DNA from: Amphiscolops sp. MND2022
Taxonomy: Eukaryota
Assembly (NCBI GenBank): GCA_964187785.1
Contig: OZ076409.1
Span: forward strand, 51,028,001 to 51,092,000
DNA length: 64,000 bases
Direction: 5' to 3'
The position numbers and the translations under genes were made by a program. Within the stretch, counting starts at the first letter, position 1. Every line of letters begins with the position of its first letter. A model generated the notes under the pieces. That model saw nothing but the letters and a program-made list of their open reading frames with translations, ran no database searches and had not been told where the DNA came from. Positions 26,001-38,000 of the stretch are shown piece after piece.

Positions 26001-29000
26001 GCTAAGAGGGTGAAAATCATAGTCGAAGGTCGAACATTCTACATTTCATTTTATACAAGTTAATTTAATTAATTTAATTTTACAAGCTTTAATTTTAAAC
26101 AAACTGATGTTTATTATACACTTGGACAGCCAAGCAGAAATGCAACTCCTGGTGCTGGAAAAAAATTGAGAAAGGTATTCGGCCCCAAAATTTGAACAAA
26201 AAGCAACGCCCGGTGCTGGGAAACTAGACTGTTATTGGGCGTTAAACTTTGAACAGAAAGAGCAACTGTTGATTTTTGAAGTTTCTACAGGAAACACGCT
26301 AAACATAGATCACCTGGATATTGACCCAAGGGATATAATGGTTTTCATATATCACTCGGGACAACGCTTGGTTGAATCAGGTCAAAAGATTGTATTTGAA
26401 AGGGAAGCAACAATTTTTATCCCAACCTTTTGTGACACTTTCGTTTTGTGATTGGAAAATTGGCTAGCAAAAATATATTAAATATATTGTCCATCTTGAT
26501 ACATGTATTTGAAAAAAATCAATTTAATCAAAAATTCATTTTCTTTTGACTTATTCAAAACACTAAAGATTTTTGTTTTATTCCAGCAAGGGGGGTTCGT
26601 GTTTGAAATTAAAATACGCGTGAGAATTTCCTAACGCGTATATATATTTTTGTGTTTTAAAAAAACAATAAGTTTGATTGAGTATTTCAAACAATAATTT
26701 GAAAATAGGTTTTTCGAAAAATCAACTGACAACACATCAATTTCATTTTTTTTTCATTGTTTAGTAAAATCAAGCATTTAATGTTATTTCAGTTTGCGGG
26801 GTCAATTTGAATATTTCAAGTTTTAAGGGGACGAGAACTTCCTAAAGCTTCCTAAAACTTCCTATACCGAACAATAATTTGAAATTAACTGTATTTCAAA
26901 AAATGAACTGAGTTATCTAATCATGAAGTAAAGTTCAACGTTCAAAAAAATCGAAGTTTTAATTTTTCAATGTTCCTGTTGGGGGGTTTGATTATAATAA
27001 TTTGTGAATGTGCATGAATTTCCAAATGCGCATAACGTTTTGGTTTTTGAAAGTTAAGTCCGACTTACAGTATTCCAAGCAATAAACTAATTTGATGAAT
27101 TTAATTCAAAGGAACTAGTTGATTGTTTCAAACGTTGTTCCAGTTGGGGAGTATTTGATTAAACCAATTGATAATATTATTTTCTGCATCATATAATTCC
27201 CAACCACCTTATAATTCTCAACCACTGAGCGTTGCTATTTTAATGAACAACCAATATGAAAACATTAGCCGAAAGGATTTTGTCAGGACTACAAAAAACC
27301 GAGTTAGTGTCAAGCAGCTCTCAACACTCATTTGCAACTCAATTATCGGTTCACCTTCAGACACATACAATTGCGTATACTGTAACGAGCTTCCCCTAAC
27401 GAATGATGAACTTGACAGCGTGATTAACCACTACACTAACTCGGTTTGAAGAGAAGCAGTTTTAACTTAATCATGCAAGATTACGTACCAAATAGCATAT
27501 AAGAGAAAATAACGAAACGAAATTAGTCCCATTCAACGAAAAAGCAAAATTAGTTTCATAAAAACATTTAAAAAAACCGAATACAGTTAAACAATTAGCT
27601 CACGAATTTTGTCTCTAATGTTGATACATTTTTAGTGAGTGTTTTGAATTGTGAATGCTTTTGACCACAAAAACTTTCTCGTAAACAATTTTATTGTTTC
27701 CTGAAAAGCATTTCATTTTTTTAATTTGAAACCTTTAGTTTATTTGCTATTATGTTAGTTCGACCTTGTGCTGGTAAAAAAGTCTCATGTCCTACCAAGT
27801 GCGGGTCCGACCTTGTGCTAGTAAAATTACGACCGCATATAGGACATTAACACAAAACGTGTTGTGCAAAAGCTGATTTCATGCTTTTTTGCTCCTTTCC
27901 TAAAAAACTATACACAAGTGTCCAGCGTCACCAGTGATGACTTTACACGAGGGGGTGCCCTCGTTCAGAATTTAACCCTGAAAAACAGCAAAGGAAGAAA
28001 CCCCCTCCTGTTTTAGGTTTTTAGCCATGTTTGGGATCAAAATTTTCAAACTTGCTGTTAGGAATAGTGGGTTGAAATTTCATTGATTGCCTTGCAAACG
28101 TTTTAAGCACCACTAACATGCCCCCCGTTGAGAAATTTCAAACACCGCCCCTGTGCGTCACGGAATGGAAAATAAACTACAATTGGAAACTGAAGACCAG
28201 AAATGAGATTACTCTTATTTCAAGAACGATACATAGGTTCTACGAAAGCTTCTGTAATTGAAGACTTTTTAAAAAAGGTTAATTCCCAAATAGCAAACAA
28301 CATAAGTCTTGAAAACTAGACTGTTACTGCAACTTAAGATTAGAATAAAAGAACAACGCTCGGTCCTGGAAATTGAGACTATGACTGTGCCTTAAAATTC
28401 GAACAAAAAAGCAACGCCCGGTGCTAACAAACTAGACTGTTACTGCGCCTTAAGATTCGAAGAAAAAAGCAACGCCCGGTACTGGAAATTGAGACTATGA
28501 CTGTGCCTTAAAATTCGAACAAAAAAGCAACGCCCGGTGCTAACAAACTAGACTGTTACTGCGCCTTAAGATTCGAAGAAAAAAGCAACACCCGGTACTG
28601 GAAATTGAGACTATGACTGTGCCTTGAAATTCGAACAAAAAAGCAACGCCCGGTGCTAACAAACTAGACTGTTACTGCGTCTTAAGATTCGAAGAAAAAA
28701 GCAACGCCCGGTACTGGAAATTGAGACTATGACTGTGCCTTGAAATTCGAACAAAAAAGCAACGCCCGGTGCTAACAAACTAGACTGTTACTGCGCCTTA
28801 AGATTCGAAGAAAAAGCAACGCCCGGTATTGGAAATTGAGACTATGATTGCGCCTTAAGATTCGAAGAAGAAAGCAACGCCCGGTACTGGAAATTGAGAC
28901 TATGACTGTGCCTTAAAATTCGAACTAAAAAGCAACGCCCGGTGCTAACAAACTAGACTGTTACTGCGCCTTAAGATTCGAAGAAAAAAGCAACGCCCGT

Positions 29001-32000
29001 TTCTGGATATTGAGGCTGACTGCACCTTGAGTTTCGGGAAAAAGCAACGCCCGGTGCTGGGAATTGAGACTGACTGCGCCTTGAGATTTGAAAAATACCT
29101 GAGCCTAGTAAAACAAGATTAAAATAAAAAATATTTAACAAAATAAAAATTGAAAAAGCAAACAACTTACTTGGAGGCGGTGAAGGAAACTCACTGGGTG
29201 TAACTCCTTGTTCCACAGCTTCTTTTTGTCGCTTCTGACAAGTCTTTTTAGCAAAATGCTGCTGCAATTTGGTCGTGCTTGCGCAAATTAACCCACATAG
29301 TTGGCAAGTGCAGCGGAAAATGCTTTGAGCTTTTCGTGTTCTTTGGCCTTAAAAACAGAATCGTGTGAAAACCTGAGAACTGATTTGGAAAACACAATCT
29401 CATGAGTTTATCAATAAATTGATGATTGATTTTTACGATCGATAAATTTTGATTGATTTTTTATCGATAAATTGATGATTGATGAAATAATTTTTGGACA
29501 GCCCTGCAAATGAATGATCAAGCATTCCAATTTTCAACAGAGGCTTGGACGCAAACCAAGAACCTTCAATTTTATTTAAATCCAGGTACAATTTTTTTTC
29601 ACAAGCTGTTTTTGACTGTTTTTGGTGGTGGCGGTGAGGGGGATGGTTTGTTCAATAATTTTTGTTTACGGTGAATTCCCAGATAACACAAGAGCAAATA
29701 ACATAAAAATTGAATTAGTTTCAAATAACATGAAAATAAAATTGTTTACGAGAAAGTTTGGATCTTTTGTTAATCCCCCCTACCGTTTTAATTCCCCCCA
29801 GTTTTTATTACTCTATATTACTCTACCTTTTTTAAACTCTAACAGCAACTGAAACTCATCTCTGTTACGGGGGGGGGTGGTGTTTCATAATTTTCTCTGT
29901 GGGGGAATTAACAGAAAAGATCCGAAAGTTTTAGTGTTCGAAAGCATTCACAATGCAAAAGACATTCACTGAAAAAGTATGAGAATTACAGATAAAATTT
30001 AGTGAGTTCGATTGTTTAACCGGGTATTTGGATTTTTTTTGAAACTAATTTAATTTTTACGTTTAATGGAAAGAAATTCGCTTTTATGTTATTTGCTCTT
30101 ATGTTATTTGGTACAAAATCTTTGTTTACTAACCCAGGCATCTTGATTGATGGCGACTGAACAACCACTTCTGATTGGCTTGGAATTCCTTCGCGCAGTG
30201 AGTGCAGCGTAAAGGCATATCTTGTTCCAAGAATGATTGATGATCATTTTTTTAGTTTTCAATTTTGAATTTGAAAACAAAGTTTTAAATACAATTTTGT
30301 ACGTCCTTGAGTGCAACCATTATATCGTCGAAAAGAAAATTCAAAACTTTACTTCACTTTTCGAAACAAATGAGAAAACTGAAACATTGAAACCAAAAGA
30401 AAAATGATCATCACTGATATCGGTGGAAAAATTGTGATTTGAACAGGCGAGTAGACGATAGGTATTCAAATTTTGATTGAGAGAGCGAACGCAACTGAAT
30501 GATAAAGAGAGTAGATATTGAATGGCGACTGCGCTGGAAGAAGCGATGAGTCACATGAGTCACCGCTTTGAACTCCGCAGCTCGCTTTGTTAGAATCATA
30601 AACAAACATTGCTTGCACGACGATGCATCGTTCAACTAGTAGAATTTCCACCGCACTCCTTTTTTCGTCGACAAAACCAAGAAAGTTGACTCCCAATAAA
30701 AGAGCGGCAGCTCGGAATACAAACTCAGCCTCCTTTCATTTCAAACAAAACTTGGTTTCAAAACCCGAACATCGAGTTGAGTAAAGAATGTAAACAGAAA
30801 GTAGTTACCGAACTGCGCTGCTCGTGATTTTTTTCTTTTTTTTTCGATTATATCAAAGGAACAGAGATCAAACAGCTTTAGTGTTTTGGGGGGGAGGGAG
30901 AATTTCCCAACAAGGTGTACCTTGGAAATAGATGACATGGTCCGATTTAAGAAATAACTGGTTGGATTTTATGCCTTTTGGTTTCTATAAGAACAGTTTT
31001 CAAAAAGTAAACTGAATAAATGAATCCTAAATTAAATTTTATGAATAATGTAAATCAAAGATATTTTTATTGAGGGGGTGGGGGGGGCGGTGGTTTGTTT
31101 GGTACATGTATTTAAAAAAATCAATTTGATCAATAGTTCATTTTCCTTTTACTTGTTCAAAACAATTTATTTTTCATTTGAAATATTCTCCAGAACTGCA
31201 ATCCTTTTCAATACAAAAACAAGATATAGAGACCGAATTCTATATTCTTCTCACGTATACCGAACAATAATTTGATATTTACTGTACTTCAAAAAAACGA
31301 ACTGAATTAACTAATAAAGTTCAACGTTCGGTAAAATCGAGGTTTTAAATTTTCAGTGTTGTTCCAGTTGGGGGGGGTTTGATTATAATTATTAAATAAT
31401 TAATAAATTTGTGAATGTGCATGATTTTCCAAATGCGCATAACGTTTTGGTTTTTGAAAGTTAAGTCCGACTTACAGTATTCCAAGCAATAAACTAATTT
31501 GATGAATTTAATTCAAAGGAACTAGTTGATTGTTTGAAACGTTGTTCCAGTTGGGGAGTATTTGATTAAACCAATTGATTTTTTTCCATTATATAATTCC
31601 CAACCACCTTATAATTCTGAACCACCGAGCGTTGCTATTTTAAGCCGAGTCAAACAACCAAAATGAAAACATTGGTGAATTTCCAAATAACATTGGGAAT
31701 AAGAATGCCGAAAACATTATCTGTAAGGATTTTGTCGGGGCTATAAAAACCGAATTAGATAGTGTCAAGCATCGTACAACACGCAAATGCAATTACCGGT
31801 TCACCTTCAGACACATATAAGTGCGTATACTGTAACGAGCTGCCGCTAACAAATGATGAGCTTGACAGCGTGATTAACCACTACACTAACTCGGTTGAAA
31901 GAGCAGCAATTTTAAGTTAATCAAATAACGCCAAACTCACGTAGCGAATACTATATAAGAGCAAATTACAAAAACGGAATTAGTTCCATTCAACATAGCG

Positions 32001-35000
32001 AAATTATTTTCATATATTACGAAAAGCCGAATACCCGGTTAAACAATTAAACTCACGTTTTTGTCAGTAATTTTAACACAATTTCAGTTAGTCTTTTGGA
32101 TTTTGAATGCTTTTGACAACTTTCCCAAACAATTTTAATTTCATGTTTGGTGAAGCTCTTTTCATTTTTATTTTTTTAAAACTAATTTGGTTTTTCATTT
32201 GCCATTTTGTTAGTTCGACCTTGTGCTAGTAAAAACAGGTCTCATGTCCTACCAAGTGCGGATTCACGAAAACTGTGTTTACATTTCGCTCGATCAACTG
32301 ACTTGCTTTGTGATTTTAAAAATCGTTGTAGATAACTAGAAATGACAGATGCTATATAGCAAACGAAAATTCCTGAAAATTCAGGTGGTCAAGATAATTA
32401 TGAGAATAAATTTCGTTATATAACTGAGAATTTTAGTTTATTACTGCCAGTCAATTTCTATGTTTGTAGCTACAAACAGCAGTAGTTGACTGGTTGATAA
32501 CTTGCTTGAGTTATCTCGGTTCCCGAATTTCAAAGCTCTTCGAGACAAAATAACGTGTTTTTCTTACGGTTCTAGTAACCTATTCACAATAACCCTTGTA
32601 GCCTATATTAACACTCAACTTATCTTGTGCCAAAACCAAGTATGTGTTCTATAAATTCAATTCAACCAACAGAATGAGAAAAACAAATAGTTGAAGCGAG
32701 AAAACAAATTCAGAAATAAGACTGTTTTTGAAAATTGAAAGTTTTTAAGCTGCTCTTGATAGTGGGTAAATCAGCTGCATGTAGGTCACGGCGTCTTCCA
32801 GCGCAGGGTCAGTGTTTTCCAAGGCATGGTAGCAAAGAACTTCATAGAGTCTTATAAAACTGTGTGACTCTGGATCAATTCGCACTTTGCATTTTCGGGA
32901 TTTTGGCTGGGAGGGTGACACTAGACCCGAGTACTTGGAACGGTAACAAATTTTCACCGATTGGTCTGCGTAGGTCCAACGGAGTCTTGTAATGATTACG
33001 TCAACTAATCCGTTGATCTGCATCTCTTTGGGCAGAGTCCATTCGAGGTGCAAATACACTTTTTGGTACCAAAACATTTGGATGGAAAGAGTGAATACTT
33101 GACAGAGAAAAAGAGCGTGGTTGAGATAGGCACACACACACAGGGAGAAAGAGAGAGAGAGTCGAAAACGAAACTGAACTGACTGATTTGAAACAGCTCT
33201 GAACGAAAGAATGAGCCAGTGGAGAAACCAATTACGAGATATATAAGTGAAAAGAGAAAATGTACCGAAAAACAAAAGCCTGATGAAGGATGTATTATTC
33301 GATAGGAAACCCTGGCAAATAACAAACAAATGCGTTTTCCTCCCTTCGAGAATGAAAGACATAAATAACAGCTTTGTTCAATAGTAGAGTATTATCAATT
33401 AGCGAATTAAGTTGCTTCATGTTAATCGAATGTAGTCGATGAAAGCACAACACCGCGTTACTCAATGATACATAAGGCTAGTCTGTTCAATTGTTCAGCC
33501 TAAATCATTTGGTAATTAGGTAATCGGTAGTTGAATTTGTTGCTGGTTGGGCGACTAAAGAAAAGCATCAAACTGAATTGATGTGATAGTGCCGATACCT
33601 CTGCACTCTTGTGACGGTTTGAGGTTGAATTGGTTATTTAAATTTTTTGAGGTGGTCTAAAATCACGGATGGTGTACGAAGTCTTTGTATTACAAGTCTG
33701 ATCCACATACACTAGTAACGAAAGGAATATATTTCCGGTAAAACTGTCTCAGTATTTTGTGACCGTTTATGCCAAAAGAAACTTTTAATTTTAATTAGAT
33801 GGACATTAAAGTTTGTAGATGTTTCGGATCTTGTAGACTGGGGAAGGGGTGGCATTAGCAAGCAAGATATGATTTTTTGTCTTTTTTTAGTCATGTAAAC
33901 TGTAAACAATGTGTATCGGGGGAAAACGACATGATTCGGAATTTTACAAGCATTCGATAGATTACATCTCTAAGTTTCACGCATCCAATTTGAAAAAAAA
34001 GCAATGCAACGCCCGGTGTTAAGTAGATTCGAACCGACATTCTACAGCAGTAAAGTATTCTATTTTACCTCTCGGCCATAGCGCCTTGATATTGGACGGT
34101 TCTATTTTAGTCTTATTCCTATTTGCTCTGTTTAAAGCACTGGTGTTAAACGAAAGACGTAAAAAAGCAACGCCTGATGTTTGATCGCACAGCTTATCCA
34201 GAACAAAGTGAAAAGGCAACGCCTGGTGTTTGATCGCACAGCTTATTCAGAACGAAGCAAAATAGCAACGCCTGGTTTCAATCGCACAGCTTGTTCAAAA
34301 GGAAGTAAAATAGCAACGCCAGGTGTTAATCGCACAACTTGTTAAAAAATGAACGGGACCATGTCATCTATCCCCCCCAGGTACACCTTGTTAGGAATCC
34401 CCCCAGCACGAAAGCACATTTTGTTCTTGAATAAAAATATTTCACTACTTAGAGAATATTATAGGAATGTAAATACTTAGCGGATTGTCTCTACAACTGT
34501 TGGACACTTCAGGTAAAAAAAACCCTAATTTTTTGATATCATTGTCCAAAATGGCAAAAATTCACGCTTGGAACAAGATGAAATAGTATAAAAAGGCCCC
34601 TATTTCAACGCAAATTTTCTCCGTGATGATATCTAATGAGCAACTTTTAACTGACAGTCAATGTAATGGATAGGATTATGTCGACAACAATTGTTTTATT
34701 GGATTAATATTCTAACGCAAACGATGTCGACATAATGGTATTTGAACCTTGTGACTTATTCCCCCCCGCCGCAGTTTGGGGGGGGGAAACAGATGACATG
34801 GTCCAATGAACGATACGAACAAAAATTGCAATTAAATCCTTCAAAAAAATACTAGGAGTTTATAATGTTCTTAACGTCATCAATATTCCAGAAAGAATGG
34901 TTCACTTTCGAAAAAGTCGCTTTTCAAGGTTATTGGGCGACAAGTTTTTTATTTTATACCTAAATACTTGAAATTTGTCAGTTTCTCACATTTGATTTTG

Positions 35001-38000
35001 CTTAAAAAATAGTTGCAATTAATTGCAGCTAAATGCATTCAAATCAATAAACTTTTTAATTGCCTGAATTCAAACAATTAAAACTTAAACCACTTTGATT
35101 GCAACGCCCAGTGCAATCAGCGTTGTGCAATAAATAATTTATTTGAAAATAATTCAAAGAAATAAAAATACCAATCTTTATTCTAGTTTCGTCTTCTAGT
35201 TTTAGAATGAACGTATTAAAATAGCAACGCCTGGTGCATCGCTCAGAGTTTGATTTAGAATGAACGAATTGGAATGAACGAATAAAACTAACAACGCCCG
35301 GTGCTCGCGCAGTGTATAAGTTAGAATGAACGATTAAAAATAGCAACGCCCGGTGCTCGCGCAGTGTATAATTTAGAATGAACGATTAAAAATAGCAACG
35401 CCCGGTGCTCACGCAGTGTATAATTTAGAATGAACGATTAAAATAGCAACGCCCGGTGCTCACGCAGTGTATAATTTAGAATGAACGAATAAAAATAGCA
35501 ACGCCCGTTGACTCGCGCAGTGTTTGATTTACAGTAGTTGACTTAGACGTCAATCAAAACTAATATAATGATAATCCTCAATGTATTTTTGTGAAATACT
35601 CTACAGTAGTGATAATCAGGAAGAATAAATTCGGGCACTCATTTTCTCAAAACGGCGGGACTTTCTTATGCGAATTCGGTACTCCTATTTCCTAAATCGA
35701 CACTCGAAAATAAACGAAGAAGCAATGAAATTTTTCATTGACATTTAACGAAAACAAAAGGTATTGAAAGTGATCACAAATGTTTCAACACATATTCCAG
35801 AAATACGCGTTCGAGTTCGGGTTCTTGGTTGTTTTACAGATAAATTCAACCAGCGGCATCGTCGGCAATCGTCTTGGTTTTGAGACTATTTGTTTCTCAG
35901 CATCATCTCATCAAAGTCGTGCATGGAATGGCTTGACATGAATATTGTTATTGGGCCGCCACAGATCCTCTTGTTCTTCCATGAAATCCGTCACATTCTT
36001 GAGCATCTTTTCGTGTCTAAACAGGATGAACGGTATACAAAAATTTGCCGGCTACAAAAAGTTCTTAGAATTTTATCTAGTTTACAAAAATGTTTATTTG
36101 AAAGTCTTCTGACAAAAATTACAAAAATAAGATTGTAAATTTTGACAAAATCAAATTTGCATTTTTTTCTTGATTTTCACAAAGTTGAGATAGTATTTTT
36201 GAAAATTTTTTAATCAATCATATGCCCCAAGATCTAAGGGTTATCCTGTGTACCAAACACATCATGATATAGATTCTTTCGTAATACAAAAACCAGATTC
36301 CAACATAGAAACTCTAAACGATTTAGAACAATAATTACCTTATCTTTCCGTCAGGGTAAACCACACTATTGTAATAGCAGAATCCAACTTTTTTGGGGGT
36401 TTGTGACTTGATCTCAATGACGGCGAAGTTTCCATTTTGTAGGATTATTGTCCCTGTCGCTTTCAGCATTGTTGAATACAGTTCAGTGAAGAATGAAACT
36501 GGTTCAGTAAAACTGGTTCAGTGGAGAAAGATGGTTGTTTCAACTGATTTTGATTGTGAACTGGCGCTGACTGGTTAGTAGGTGAGTCTGAAGTGAGTTA
36601 ATTAGAAGTGGAATCCAATTGGTTACTGGAGTATCAAAGGATTCCTTTAGTGTAAGGGACTTTCTTTTGCTGAATACTTTATAGCGAGGCAACACGAATA
36701 AACGTCACGCTTGTTACTACAATTTTAATATTTAAGCAGCCTTTAAAATACCTAATTAAGTAACCAACAATCGTTTCGACTTTGCTGTTCCTAATTACTT
36801 GATTATCTATACCCGGTTATTTCACCTAAGTATTTTACTTTGAACTATATCACAACTGAACACCGACTCATTACTCATGAGTAAGGTTTAAGGTTGAGAC
36901 GATTGTGCTAGCACGCTTTTGGAAGGGTACTGTAGAATTCCAGTTGTTTCTCAGTCTCTTTGAACGCAGTCTGTTTAGTTTAACCTACCAAATCTACTGA
37001 TGCCTTGCCACAAACTATATTTGAACTTACTGTGGGTAGTTCCACAAAAGCTTGAAAACCTCGATATTGAGGTAGTTACCATCACAAAAATATATTGGAC
37101 CTTCAGAGAAAGTGTCATCAGAGTTTGTTTCTATGGAATCCAATCTAACCGCTCTCATCCGCTACCCGTGAAAAAGACCCCAACGAAATTCAACATACAC
37201 CTTCACCCACAGTCACAAAGTTTCAAGGACTTGAACGAAGTGCTGGGCTACCATGCTCTGGACAACAAAGATCCACTACTGGAAGAACTGCTGAGCTTTA
37301 TGTCCAGCATCAAGAAGATTTCTTTGGAAAAACTCTTTGACTCGTCTTCGGACGAATCATTCTTTGGCATGGAATTCTAATTGCACGCACACATTGTATT
37401 TTGTCAATTCAAGTCGTTTCATTTATATTTTATTTTCATTTATAAAAAATATTTTATTACTGTAACAGCGATAAGTTTCAGTTGCAGTTAGAGTTATAAA
37501 ATAAGTAGAGTAATATCGAGTAATAAAAACGGGGGAATTAAATGGGGGGGATCAACAAAAGATCCAAACTTTCTCGTTGTGTGTGTATGTCCTACCAATG
37601 CTCGTATCTAACTGGTATCCTTGTATACAAACTGTCCAAGTATTAATTGTTCAAAACAAGGATGACTTTTAAAAAAGTTTTGAAACATGGATATTAGAAA
37701 CATTGTAATTAGTGATTTGAATATTTAGATTTTCAACATTTTAAAAAAACGTCCTAATTAACACTTGAATGAATAAAAATACTTATTTTTGAGATAACTA
37801 AAACTAAGAGCGTTTAATTCAACGAATCGTCAGCCAAATAAATTCGAAAAACAAACAAAATTGAGCTAATTTCTAGAAATACCTTTGTCAAGTACCTTAA
37901 GCTACTGAGTCAAAAGGTCTAAGAGTCCATTAAAAAAGCCCTGTCGCCGCGTTTTGGCCTGATTATGGATAGCTACTTTAAATTTTTGTTGATATCCGTT

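Noticed and set aside
28310..29085. CRISPR-like repeat/spacer appearance
   Set aside because: The spacers are two alternating homologous sequences rather than unique ones; there are no cas genes and the context is eukaryotic.
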